Shown: one piece after another, positions 28,898-38,354 of the stretch
Position numbering within the stretch: position 1 is the first letter of the stretch
Layout: each line of letters starts with the position of its first letter
Source: Polyangiales bacterium
GTDB lineage: Bacteria; Myxococcota_A; Polyangia; Polyangiales; Polyangiaceae
Assembly: GCA_038231275.1 (NCBI GenBank)
Contig: JBBRLQ010000009.1
Location: forward strand, 1-64,000
Direction of reading: 5' to 3'
Length of the DNA: 64,000 bases
Notes under the pieces: generated by a model
Database searches by the model: none
Seen by the model: only the letters and a program-made list of their open reading frames with translations
Told to the model about the DNA's origin: nothing
Made by a program: the position numbers and the translations under genes

Positions 28898-30166
28898 CTA
28901 CCCTTCGTCGAGCTTCGCGCGCTTCGGGATCACGACGATTCCCCCGCTCGTTATCCCGAACCGTTGCTGATCCCGCACGGGATCGAAACCGATCTCCGCC
29001 CCCGGCGGGATTTCGACGTCCTTGTCCACGATGCACCGCCGGAGCCGTGCGTGACGTCCGATGCGGACGCGCTCGAAGAGCACGCTCTCCTCGACCTCGC
29101 TGAACGAGTTGATGCGGCATCCGACCGACAGAACGCTCCGATGGATTCGCCCCCCCGAGATGATGCAGCCGTGGCTGACGAGCGAGTCCGTCGCGATTCC
29201 CACGCGCGCGTGCGCCTCGTCGCGAAAGACGAACTTGGCGGGCGGGTCATGCGTCACGCCGGTGCGGATCGGCCAGCGCGTGTTGTAGAGGTTGAAGCTC
29301 GGCTGAATCTCGATGAGATCCATCTGCGCCTGCCAGTAGGCCTCGAGCGTCCCGACGTCGCGCCAATAGCCCTTCCCCAACGCGTCCTCGCCGGGCACGT
29401 CGTTCTTGGCAAAGTCGTAGACCATCACCTTCTTCCCCTCCGCGACCATGCGCGGGAGGATGTCGTGACCGAAGTCGTGCTTGCTGTCCTCTTTGGGCGC
29501 GTCGTCTTCGAGCTCGCGCATGAGCGCTTCGGTGTCGAAGACGTAGTTGCCCATGGACGCGAGGCACATGTCCGGATTTCCCGGCATGCCGGGCGGGTCC
29601 TCGACCTTCTCGTGGAACGCGATCACGCGGCCCTTCTCGTCGGTCTCCACCACGCCGAAGTCTCGCGCCTCGCCGCGCGGAACCGGAATGCAGGCGAGCG
29701 TCGCTTCGGCCTCTTCGTGGATGTGCCAGCTGATCATCTGGCGGACATCCATCTTGTAGATGTGATCGCCGCCGAAGATCGCGACGTAGTCCGGCTTCTC
29801 GTCGGCGATGACGTGCTGGCACTGGTACACGGCGTCCGCGGAGCCCCGGTACCACTGCTTGCCTGTCCGCTGCTGCGCGGGAATCGCCTCGATGAACTGA
29901 TCGAGGATGGGCGACAGGCGCCAGACACGCGCGATGTGCTCTTCGAGGCTCGCGCTCTTGTACTGCGTCAGCACCTTGATTCGCGCGAGACCCGAGTTGA
30001 CGAAATTGGAGAGGACGATGTCGATGATGCGGTAACGCCCGCCGAAAGGGACCGCCGGCTTCGCGCGCTCGAGGGTCAGCGGATGCAGGCGCTTGCCTTC
30101 GCCACCGGCGAGGATCATCACGAGCACCTGACTCGGGTCGAAGTCGGGCAGGATCGGAGGCCGCAT
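28898..30166 (-). CDS. glgC: Glucose-1-phosphate adenylyltransferase
   Basis: ILAGGEGKRL, RAKPAVPFGG, GDHIYKMD, EK, ASMGNY, YWRDVGT. Confidence 0.96.
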   Translation of the reverse strand: MRPPILPDFDPSQVLVMILAGGEGKRLHPLTLERAKPAVPFGGRYRIIDIVLSNFVNSGLARIKVLTQYKSASLEEHIARVWRLSPILDQFIEAIPAQQRTGKQWYRGSADAVYQCQHVIADEKPDYVAIFGGDHIYKMDVRQMISWHIHEEAEATLACIPVPRGEARDFGVVETDEKGRVIAFHEKVEDPPGMPGNPDMCLASMGNYVFDTEALMRELEDDAPKEDSKHDFGHDILPRMVAEGKKVMVYDFAKNDVPGEDALGKGYWRDVGTLEAYWQAQMDLIEIQPSFNLYNTRWPIRTGVTHDPPAKFVFRDEAHARVGIATDSLVSHGCIISGGRIHRSVLSVGCRINSFSEVEESVLFERVRIGRHARLRRCIVDKDVEIPPGAEIGFDPVRDQQRFGITSGGIVVIPKRAKLDEG

Positions 30167-30174
30167 CGCGACCC

Positions 30175-30204
30175 AGAATACGCGCGCTGCACGCGGCGGT
30201 GCAA
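30175..30204 (-). promoter_or_regulatory. Putative sigma70-type promoter of glgC (near-leaderless)
   Basis: TTGCAC-N18-TATTCT-N8-ATG on minus strand. Confidence 0.5.
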
Positions 30205-30286
30205 TGTGATGTGGGGACCGGTGCGACTTCAAAAAACTTGGCTTGCAAGCTTCGCGTCGCGGTGGCTCACTGACGGCCTCAACGGC

Positions 30287-30526
30287 ATGAAGTCGCGAAC
30301 GATCCTCCTCCTTCTCGCGGTGACGGCCGCGTCAGGAAGCGCTGCCGCACGGGACGCGGGCGCCCTCTACAAAGAACGAAGCGCGGACTTCGCCTCGTGC
30401 CCGGTCAACGCGACCTCGTCCGTGCTTTGTGACCCCGCTGGCGGGGCCGGGGTTTGTCCGGCCGGAAAGACTTGCCAGGTAACCAACCTCGGCAACGTCC
30501 CGGCGGCGTACCATTCGTGTCAGTGA
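30287..30526 (+). CDS. Small secreted Cys-rich protein (79 aa)
   Basis: MKSRTILLLLAVTAASGSAAA signal; 5 Cys; stop overlaps next GTG (GTGA). Confidence 0.65.
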   Translation: MKSRTILLLLAVTAASGSAAARDAGALYKERSADFASCPVNATSSVLCDPAGGAGVCPAGKTCQVTNLGNVPAAYHSCQ

Positions 30527-31119
30527 GCACCAAAGTCGCGATCATCCTCGCCGCAGGATCGGGAGAACGAATGGGGGGCAGCAAGGCGCTGCTTCGAATC
30601 GACGGGCACGCGCTGGCCGCGCTCCACGTCGCGCGGGCCCTCGAGGCCGGCTGCGATCGCGTCGTCGTCGTGACGCGTCCGGACGCCGCCGCACGCCTTG
30701 GTGAGATCGCGCGCGCGACGATCCTCGCGGCGGAGACCGCGGGTCAGGCCGAGTCGCTTCAGACGGCGGCGCGCAAGGTCGGAATGCGAGGCGATGTTCG
30801 CGTCGTCGTGACACCGGTCGATTGTCCTCCCGTGTCGGTCGCGACGTTCAAGGCGCTCTTCACGGCGCTCGACAACGGCGCGAGCGTCGCCACGCCACAT
30901 CGCGCAGGCAAAGGCGGACACCCCGTGGCGTGCACGTCCAGCGTGCTTGCTCCGTATGCATCGAAAGATCCCGCGCCACCGCCGCCGCTGCGCGACGTGC
31001 TCGCGAAGTACGAGACGACACGCACGCGCGTCGAGGTGGACGATCCCAAGGTGGGCATCGATCTCGACACACCCGCGGACGTCCTCGCATTCACCGGAGC
31101 GCAGCCCTCGTTCGTCTGA
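30523..31119 (+). CDS. MocA/MobA-like nucleotidyltransferase (probable Moco cytidylyltransferase)
   Basis: ILAAGSGERMGGSKALL, PVDCP, GGHPV, DLDTP; upstream of XDH genes. Confidence 0.85.
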   Translation: MSTKVAIILAAGSGERMGGSKALLRIDGHALAALHVARALEAGCDRVVVVTRPDAAARLGEIARATILAAETAGQAESLQTAARKVGMRGDVRVVVTPVDCPPVSVATFKALFTALDNGASVATPHRAGKGGHPVACTSSVLAPYASKDPAPPPPLRDVLAKYETTRTRVEVDDPKVGIDLDTPADVLAFTGAQPSFV

Positions 31120-31143
31120 CGGGCAGGGCCAGGGCGACTCCCC

Positions 31144-31506
31144 ATGGCGATCTGGCACCTCTACCTCGCACGTTGCGCAGACGGATCGCTTTATTGCGGC
31201 ATCGCCCGTGACGTCCGCGCACGTCTCGAAGCCCATGATGCCGGAAAGGGGGCGCGGTACACGCGCGGCAGGGGGCCTCTCGAGCTCCTCCTGACGCGGC
31301 GGTGCCGTGACCGAAGTCAGGCCCTGCGCCTCGAGCTCCTCGTCAAGGCGCTGCCCCGCGCCGACAAGCTCGCCGCCGCCGCGCGCCCCCGCCGGCTCGA
31401 CCGCCTGGCGAAAGAGGCGCTTTTGTCGAAAAATGCCGGCAAAAGCGCGGTATCGTCCCAAGCTCGTTCGACCGCGCGGGCACGAACGACGAGGAGGCGA
31501 GCGTGA
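31144..31506 (+). CDS. GIY-YIG nuclease family (YazA/UPF0213-like)
   Basis: YLARCADGSLYCGI, RLEAH, GKGARYTRGRGP. Confidence 0.9.
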   Translation: MAIWHLYLARCADGSLYCGIARDVRARLEAHDAGKGARYTRGRGPLELLLTRRCRDRSQALRLELLVKALPRADKLAAAARPRRLDRLAKEALLSKNAGKSAVSSQARSTARARTTRRRA

Positions 31507-33770
31507 CCACGAACGGGACGGGCAGCAGGGAGAAGACCGTCGGAACGAACGTCTCGCGCGTCGACGGCCGCGCCAAGGTCACCGGCAAGGCTGCCTACGT
31601 GGACGATCTCGCGACCCCGGGCGCGCTGTTCGGCGCGACCGTGCGAAGCGACGTCGCGCGCGGAACGTTGCGCGGCATCGTCAAGGACCCCGCGTTCGAC
31701 TGGACCGGCATCACGGTCGTCACCGCCGCCGACATCCCCGGCGACAACGTCGTCGCGCTCATCGAAGACGATCAGCCCCTCCTCGCCAAGGACGCCATTC
31801 GGCACGTCTACGAACCCGTCGCGCTCGTCGCCTGCGCCGATCCGGTGCGCCTCCAGAAGGCCGTCGCCGCCATTTCGCTCGACGTCGAAAAGCTCCCGCC
31901 CGTCCTCTCCATCGAAGACGCCGAGGCGAAGACGCAGATCATCCACGGCACGGACAACGTGCAGAAGCGCTACGTCATCGAGCACGAGCTCGGCGGCAAG
32001 ACGATCGACGAGCTCATCGCCGCCTGCGACGTCGTGCTCACCGGCCGCTACGCCGTGCACCACCAAGAGCAGATGTACATCGAGCCGCAAGGCATGATCG
32101 CGCACTGGGAGGAGGAGGGCGGACCGACCCCGGGGGTCCACGTTACGGGCTCCCTCCAATGCCCCTTCTACGTGCACAAGGCGATGAAGCGCGCGTTCGG
32201 GCTCGAGGGCGACAAGGTCCACATCGGCCAAGCGGTGACCGGCGGCGGCTTCGGAGGAAAAGAGGAGTACCCCAGCATCGTCGCCGCGCACGCCGCGCTC
32301 CTCTCCAAGGTGGCCGGCAAGCCGGTCCGCATGATCTACGGCCGCAAAGAAGACATCGAGGCCACGACCAAGCGCCACCCGGCGCGCGTCGAGATCACGA
32401 CGGGATGCACCAAGACCGGCGAGCTCGTCGCGCTGAAGATCGAGTGCGCTATGGACGGCGGCGCGTACGTCACGCTCACGCCAGTGGTCCTCTCGCGCGG
32501 CATCCTCCACGCGGCCGGCGCCTACAAGTGGAAGCACGCGCGCGTGCACGGCTGGGCCGTCGCCACCAACACGCCGCCGAACGGCGCCTTCCGGGGCTTC
32601 GGCGCGCCGCAGACGATCTGGGCGATCGAGCGCCACATGGACCGCCTCGCCGAAAAGCTCGGAAGAGAGCCGCTCGCGCTGCGCCAGCAGAACGTCCTCG
32701 GCATCGGCTCGGTGACCGTCACCGGCCAGACGCTCACCGAGAGCGTCGGCGTCGTCGAGTGCATCGAGAAGGCCACCAAGGCCAGCGACTATTTCGTGAA
32801 ACGTGCACACTACAATGAACCGTCGCCGCCCCACGCGCGCACGCGCCGCGGCATCGGGGCCGCCGTGTTCATGCATGGCGCGGGCTTCACCGGCAGCGGC
32901 GAGCGGCGCCTCAAGGGGAAGGTTCAGGTCGACCTCGAGCAGGGCGGCGTCCTCCGCGTTCGCAGCGCGTCGACCGACATCGGGCAGGGCACCGAGACGA
33001 TCTTCCGCCAGATCGCCGCCGACGCCGCGGAGCTCCCGTTCGACTCCATCGTCGTCGAGACACCCAACACCTCGAACGTCCCCGACTCGGGCCCCACCGT
33101 CGCGTCGCGCACCGTCATGGTCGTCGGCTCCATCGTCGGCAAGGCCGCAAAGCAAGTCGCCGATCGCGTCCGCGGGACCGGCGCCGGCGACTTCGCGAAG
33201 CTCGCCGACGCGCTCCTCGCGAAGGAGAAGACCGTCAGCGCCCTCGTCGAGTACGAGCCGCCCCTCAAGATCCAGTTCAACGACGAGACGTACCGCGGCG
33301 ACGCGTACCCTTGCTACGCGTGGGCGTGCGACATCGCGGAGGTCGAGGTCGATCTCGACACCTTCGAGACCAAGGTGCTCGGGTTTTGGGCCGCGCAGGA
33401 CATCGGCAAGGCCATCCACCCGCTGATGTGCGCCGGCCAGGTCGAAGGCGGCACGCTGCAGGCCATTGGCTGGGCGCTCTACGAGAACGTCGTCTGGAAG
33501 GACGGGCACATCATGAACCCGCGCATGACCAACTACGTGATCCCAACCAGCAAGGACGCGCCGCCGTTCACGACGTTCCTCGTCGAGCACCCGTTCTCGG
33601 GCGGACCGAGCGGCGCAAAGGGGGTCGGTGAGCTCCCGATGGATGGCGGGGCGCCCGCGATCGCGGCCGCCGTCGAGCAGGCGATACGTGCAAAGTGCAA
33701 CGATCTGCCGCTTCTCCCCGAGGATCTGTTCCGCGCCGTACGCGCGGCCCGCGAAGGAGCGCGATCGTGA
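31503..33770 (+). CDS. Xanthine dehydrogenase family molybdopterin-binding subunit
   Basis: KVTG, GGGFGGKE, AFRGFGAPQ, DIGQG, GQVEGG, AKGVGE. Confidence 0.93.
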   Translation: MTTNGTGSREKTVGTNVSRVDGRAKVTGKAAYVDDLATPGALFGATVRSDVARGTLRGIVKDPAFDWTGITVVTAADIPGDNVVALIEDDQPLLAKDAIRHVYEPVALVACADPVRLQKAVAAISLDVEKLPPVLSIEDAEAKTQIIHGTDNVQKRYVIEHELGGKTIDELIAACDVVLTGRYAVHHQEQMYIEPQGMIAHWEEEGGPTPGVHVTGSLQCPFYVHKAMKRAFGLEGDKVHIGQAVTGGGFGGKEEYPSIVAAHAALLSKVAGKPVRMIYGRKEDIEATTKRHPARVEITTGCTKTGELVALKIECAMDGGAYVTLTPVVLSRGILHAAGAYKWKHARVHGWAVATNTPPNGAFRGFGAPQTIWAIERHMDRLAEKLGREPLALRQQNVLGIGSVTVTGQTLTESVGVVECIEKATKASDYFVKRAHYNEPSPPHARTRRGIGAAVFMHGAGFTGSGERRLKGKVQVDLEQGGVLRVRSASTDIGQGTETIFRQIAADAAELPFDSIVVETPNTSNVPDSGPTVASRTVMVVGSIVGKAAKQVADRVRGTGAGDFAKLADALLAKEKTVSALVEYEPPLKIQFNDETYRGDAYPCYAWACDIAEVEVDLDTFETKVLGFWAAQDIGKAIHPLMCAGQVEGGTLQAIGWALYENVVWKDGHIMNPRMTNYVIPTSKDAPPFTTFLVEHPFSGGPSGAKGVGELPMDGGAPAIAAAVEQAIRAKCNDLPLLPEDLFRAVRAAREGARS

Positions 33771-34243
33771 TCCGCTTCAAGGTCAACGGCGCCGCGCGCG
33801 AGACCGACGCGCCGCCCCTGGCGCGATTGCTCGATGTTCTTCGCGTACCCCTCGGGCTCACCGGGACCAAGGAGGGCTGCGGAGAAGGGGAGTGCGGCGC
33901 GTGCTCGGTCCTCCTCGACGGCGTGCCGGTCAACTCGTGCCTCGTCGCCGTTGGGCAGTGCGAAGGCCGAGACATCGTCACCGTCGAAGGGCTCGCCCAT
34001 GGAGAAGAGCTGACACCGCTGCAGCGCGCGTTCGTCGAGGATGGCGGCGCGCAGTGCGGCATCTGCACGCCGGGCATGCTCGTCGCCGCGGAGGCGCTCC
34101 TGCGCCGGAACACCCGACCCACCGATGACGACATCCGCGACGCCATCGCCGGCAACCTATGCCGGTGCACGGGCTACCAGCGCATCGTCGACTCGATCCA
34201 GGCCGCCGCCGCCGCCGTTCGCGCGAAAGGGAGCCGAGCATGA
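33767..34243 (+). CDS. XDH family 2x[2Fe-2S] subunit
   Basis: GTKEGCGEGECGAC, NSC, QCGICTPG, NLCRCTGY. Confidence 0.95.
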   Translation: MIRFKVNGAARETDAPPLARLLDVLRVPLGLTGTKEGCGEGECGACSVLLDGVPVNSCLVAVGQCEGRDIVTVEGLAHGEELTPLQRAFVEDGGAQCGICTPGMLVAAEALLRRNTRPTDDDIRDAIAGNLCRCTGYQRIVDSIQAAAAAVRAKGSRA

Positions 34244-35139
34244 GCGCCTATGCCCCCGCCGGCCTCGAGCGCACGGAGATGGCGCGTCCCAAGACGATCG
34301 TCGAAGCGTGCAGGATCCTCGCGCAGGCCGTTCGGGCAAAAAAGACCGCGAGCCTGCTCGCCGGCGGCACAGACGTCATCGTCGATCGCCACCTGATGCC
34401 CGTGGCGAAGGCGCACGCGATCGATTTGATCGTCGACGTCACCGGAGTCGAGGAGCTCGTGCGCATCTCCGAACGCGACGTCGGCGGCGAGCGGCACCTC
34501 GTCTTCGGAGGCGGCGTCACCTACTGGCAGCTCCGCACCGACGCGCGCGTCACGGGCACGATCCCCATGCTCGACGCGATGGCCAAAGACGTCGGCGCCG
34601 TGCAGATCCAGACGCGCGGCACACTCGCCGGAAACATCGCGACCGCGTCGCCCGCGGCCGATGGCGTGCCGGCGCTGATGGCGCTCGACGGCAAGGTCAC
34701 GCTCGTCAAGGACGGCGGCGCGCGCACGGTGCCGCTCGACCAGTTCTTCCTCGCGTACCGGAAGACCGTGCTCGCGCCCGACGAGCTCATCGCTGAGATC
34801 GCCGTTCGCGTTCCAAAGGACGGCGCGCGCGTTCGGTGGCGAAAGGTCGGCACCCGCCTCGCGCAGGCGATCAGCAAAGTGGCGCTCGCGAGCGTCGTCG
34901 AAGAGGAGGGCGGCGTCATCACGCGCGCGCGCTTCGGGATGGCGTCGGTCGCCGCAGTCCCGCACCCGCTCGCCGGCGTGCGCGCCCTCGTCGAAGGAAA
35001 ATCCACCAAGAGCCTCGACCGAGCCGCCATCGACGCGGCGATCGACCGAGAAATCAAGCCGATCGACGACGTGCGCAGCACCGGGCCGTACCGGCTCCAC
35101 GTGGCCAAGGCGCTCGTGTGGCGGGCGCTCGCTCCATGA
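34240..35139 (+). CDS. XDH family FAD-binding subunit
   Basis: AGGTD, IQTRGTLAGNIATASPAAD, PIDDVRSTGPYR. Confidence 0.93.
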   Translation: MSAYAPAGLERTEMARPKTIVEACRILAQAVRAKKTASLLAGGTDVIVDRHLMPVAKAHAIDLIVDVTGVEELVRISERDVGGERHLVFGGGVTYWQLRTDARVTGTIPMLDAMAKDVGAVQIQTRGTLAGNIATASPAADGVPALMALDGKVTLVKDGGARTVPLDQFFLAYRKTVLAPDELIAEIAVRVPKDGARVRWRKVGTRLAQAISKVALASVVEEEGGVITRARFGMASVAAVPHPLAGVRALVEGKSTKSLDRAAIDAAIDREIKPIDDVRSTGPYRLHVAKALVWRALAP

Positions 35140-36494
35140 TCTTCGTCTCGCGCCGCGTCGCGCTCCCGGACGGCGTGCGCCCCGCGTCGGTGCACGTGAC
35201 GGGCGGCACGATCGTGAGCGTCCGCGGCCCTCTCGACCTCACGCCCGGCGAACCGGTCACGGACGTCGGCGAGGCGGTGCTCTTGCCGGGCCTCGTCGAC
35301 ACTCACGTCCACATCAACGATCCGGGCCGCGCCACGTGGGAGGGATTCGACACCGCTACGCGCGCGGCGGCGGCAGGCGGCGTCACTACGCTCGTCGACA
35401 TGCCGCTCAACAGCATCCCGCCGACGACGACCCTCGCCGGCCTCGAGGCCAAGGCGAGCGCCGCCGACGGGCGCCTCATGGTCGACGTCGGCTTCTGCGC
35501 CGGGCTCGTCCCGAGCAGCGTCGGCCAGCTCCGCGCGATGTGGGACGCTGGCGCGATCGCGTTCAAGTGCTTCCTCGCCGACTCCGGCGTCCCCGAGTTC
35601 TCGCACGTCGAAGAGGCGGATCTGGCCGCTGGCATGCGCGAGCTCGCCGGCTTCGGCGCGCCGCTGCTCGTCCACGCCGAGCTCCCGGGCCCCCTCGCCC
35701 GCGCGGCCGAGGCGCAAGCGAAGGCCGGCGCGATCGATCCGCGCACCTACGCCGCGTGGCTCGACTCCCGCCCGCGCGAAGCCGAGGACCTCGCGATCGA
35801 TCTCGTTATCCGCCTGTCGAAGGACACCGGCGCGCGCGCCCACGTCGTGCACCTCTCGAGCTCCACCGCGCTCGCCGCGATAAGGCGTGCCAAGGACGCG
35901 CACGCGCCGTTCAGCGCCGAGACGTGCCCGCACTACCTCACGTTCGCGGCCGAAGAGATCCCAGAGGGCGCCACCGAGTACAAGTGCGCGCCGCCGATCC
36001 GCGAAGCCGAGAACCGCGATCGGCTCTGGGACGCCCTCCGCGAGCGCCTCCTCGATCAAGTCGTCACCGATCACTCGCCGTCGACGGCGGAGCTGAAATG
36101 CTGCGGCTCCGGCGATTTCGTCGCCGCGTGGGGAGGCATCGCCTCGCTCCAGCTCGGACTCGCCGCGGTCTGGACGAGCGCGCGCGCGCGCGGCGCCACG
36201 ATCGCAGACGTCGCCGATTGGATGTGCGCGGCGCCGGCCCGCCTCGTCGGCCTCTACGGCGCGAAGGGCTGCATCGCAGCGGGTGCGTCGGCCGATTTCG
36301 CGGTCTGGGATCCGGACGCCGACTTCGCGGTCGACGCGCTCCGCCTCGAGCACAAGAACAAGGTGACGCCCTACCACGGGCGCACGCTGCGCGGACGCGT
36401 CCTCCAGACGTGGCTGCGCGGCGAGAAGATCTTCGACCGCGGGACCTTCCCGGCGTCTCCACGAGGACGCTGGCTGAGACGAGGAGCAGCATGA
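35136..36494 (+). CDS. allB: Allantoinase
   Basis: PGLVDTHVHINDPG, DMPLNSIP, FKCF, HAE, ETCPHY, KCAPPIR, DHSP, WGGI. Confidence 0.93.
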   Translation: MIFVSRRVALPDGVRPASVHVTGGTIVSVRGPLDLTPGEPVTDVGEAVLLPGLVDTHVHINDPGRATWEGFDTATRAAAAGGVTTLVDMPLNSIPPTTTLAGLEAKASAADGRLMVDVGFCAGLVPSSVGQLRAMWDAGAIAFKCFLADSGVPEFSHVEEADLAAGMRELAGFGAPLLVHAELPGPLARAAEAQAKAGAIDPRTYAAWLDSRPREAEDLAIDLVIRLSKDTGARAHVVHLSSSTALAAIRRAKDAHAPFSAETCPHYLTFAAEEIPEGATEYKCAPPIREAENRDRLWDALRERLLDQVVTDHSPSTAELKCCGSGDFVAAWGGIASLQLGLAAVWTSARARGATIADVADWMCAAPARLVGLYGAKGCIAAGASADFAVWDPDADFAVDALRLEHKNKVTPYHGRTLRGRVLQTWLRGEKIFDRGTFPASPRGRWLRRGAA

Positions 36495-37978
36495 GCGACT
36501 TCACCGAGCTGGTCGATCTGGCCGCCGAGCGCCTGGGCGCCGCGGCGATCGCGACGAACGACGATTTCTTCGCCTCGAAGGACAACCTCCTCAAGGCCGC
36601 GCCCGCGGTCTTCATCGACGGCAAGTACACCGATCGCGGAAAATGGATGGACGGCTGGGAGTCGCGCCGAAGGCGTACGCCCGGCCACGACTGGTGCATC
36701 GTGCGCCTCGGCGCGCCGGGCGTCGTGCACGGCGTCGTCGTCGACACCGCGTTCTTTCGTGGCAATTTCCCCGAGGAATGCTCGATTGAAGCGTGCAGTG
36801 TGCATGCAAACGCCGACGCCGCGTTCCTCACGTCGGGCGATGTGACGTGGTTCGAGCTCCTCCCGAGGACGACGCTGCAGGGCGACACGAAGAACGCGTT
36901 CGAGATCGCCGCGCGGCAACGCGTCACGCACCTGCGCCTCAACATCTTCCCCGACGGCGGCGTCGCGCGCCTGCGCGTGCACGGGCGGGTCATGCCCGAC
37001 GTGCGCTGGATGGGGAAGGCCGGCGCCGAGGTCGACCTCGCGAGCGTCGAGAACGGCGGCGTCGTCACGTCGTGCAACGACATGTTCTTCGGCTCGCGCC
37101 ACAACCTCGTCATGCCCGGGCGCGGCGTGAACATGGGCGACGGCTGGGAGACGAAGCGCAGCCGCCGCGAGGGACCTGACTGGGTCATCGTGAAGCTCGC
37201 CGCGCTCGGCGTGCTCTCGCGCGTCGAGGTCGACACCGCGCACTTCAAAGGGAACTTCCCCGAGAGCTGCGCGCTTCAAGCGCGGCGCGGCGATGGGCCG
37301 TGGCAGGACGTGCTCCTGCGCACCAAGCTGCAAGCGCACACGCGTCACTTCTACGACGCCGAGCTCCTCGCGCACGATCCCGCGACCGAGGTGCGCCTGC
37401 AAATTTTCCCCGACGGAGGCGTCAGCCGGCTCCGCCTCTGGGGGACGGTCACGACCGAGGGGCGCGAGGCGTTCGGCATCGAGCGGCTGAACCTGCTCTC
37501 TCCCTCCGACGCCGAGCGCGAGCTCCTCGCGTGCTGCGGCGCGCCGTCGTGGGCGAGAACGATGGTCGCCGCGCGCCCGTTCGCGAGCCTCTCTTTGGCG
37601 AAGAGCACCGCGCGTGAAGTTTGGAGCACCCTCACGAAGAGCCACTGGCTCGAGGCGTTCCGTGCGCATCCGCGCATTGGCGAGAAGAAGGCCGAGAAGG
37701 AACAAGGCGCGACCGCCAAGCAATGGTCGACCGAGGAGCAGTCGAAGGCCGCGACCGCGAGCGCCGAGACGATCGCCGCCCTCGAGGCCACGAACCGCGC
37801 GTACGAGGCCAAATTCGGCCACATCTACATCGTGTGCGCCACCGGCAAGACCGCCGACGAGATGCTGGCGCTCGCGAAGGCGCGCCTGGGGAACGACGCG
37901 GCGACCGAGCTCGCGGTCGCCGCCGAGGAGCAGGCCAAGATCACGGATTTGCGGCTCGAAAGATTGGTGAGGGGATGA
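36491..37978 (+). CDS. alc: Allantoicase fused to C-terminal OHCU decarboxylase
   Basis: Two allantoicase repeats (DGWESRRRR and DGWETKRSR; PDGGVARLR and PDGGVSRLR) then UraD-like AHPRIG, NRAYEAKFG, VCATG, ITDLRL. Confidence 0.92.
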   Translation: MSDFTELVDLAAERLGAAAIATNDDFFASKDNLLKAAPAVFIDGKYTDRGKWMDGWESRRRRTPGHDWCIVRLGAPGVVHGVVVDTAFFRGNFPEECSIEACSVHANADAAFLTSGDVTWFELLPRTTLQGDTKNAFEIAARQRVTHLRLNIFPDGGVARLRVHGRVMPDVRWMGKAGAEVDLASVENGGVVTSCNDMFFGSRHNLVMPGRGVNMGDGWETKRSRREGPDWVIVKLAALGVLSRVEVDTAHFKGNFPESCALQARRGDGPWQDVLLRTKLQAHTRHFYDAELLAHDPATEVRLQIFPDGGVSRLRLWGTVTTEGREAFGIERLNLLSPSDAERELLACCGAPSWARTMVAARPFASLSLAKSTAREVWSTLTKSHWLEAFRAHPRIGEKKAEKEQGATAKQWSTEEQSKAATASAETIAALEATNRAYEAKFGHIYIVCATGKTADEMLALAKARLGNDAATELAVAAEEQAKITDLRLERLVRG

Positions 37979-38310
37979 GCATCACGACCCACGTCCTCGA
38001 TACGTCGCGCGGCAAGCCCGCCGCAGGCGTCGCGCTGCAATTGAGCTTGAGCGAAGGCGGCACCTTCCGCCTCCTCGGGCGCGGGATGACCGACGCGGAC
38101 GGGCGGTGCCGCGATCTGCTCACACCCGGGCCGCTCGCGCTCGGTGTCTACCGGGTGACGTTCGACGTCGCCGCGTACTTCGCAGCGCAGTCGATCGAGA
38201 CCTTCTACCCGACGGTGAACATCCACTTCGACGTGAAGGACGCGGGCGGTCACTACCACGTGCCGCTCCTCTTGAGCCCGTGGGGATATTCGACCTACCG
38301 GGGGAGCTGA
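37975..38310 (+). CDS. uraH: 5-hydroxyisourate hydrolase
   Basis: ITTHVLDT, DGR, HYHVPLLLSP, C-terminal YRGS. Confidence 0.96.
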   Translation: MSITTHVLDTSRGKPAAGVALQLSLSEGGTFRLLGRGMTDADGRCRDLLTPGPLALGVYRVTFDVAAYFAAQSIETFYPTVNIHFDVKDAGGHYHVPLLLSPWGYSTYRGS

Positions 38311-38354
38311 CGTCGAGGAGTGGATGCGCGACGAACGAGGAGTAGTCTACGCCG

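Noticed and set aside
31144-31506. GIY-YIG as homing endonuclease or mobile element
   Set aside because: Short YazA-type domain with no DNA-binding extension, intron or terminal repeats.
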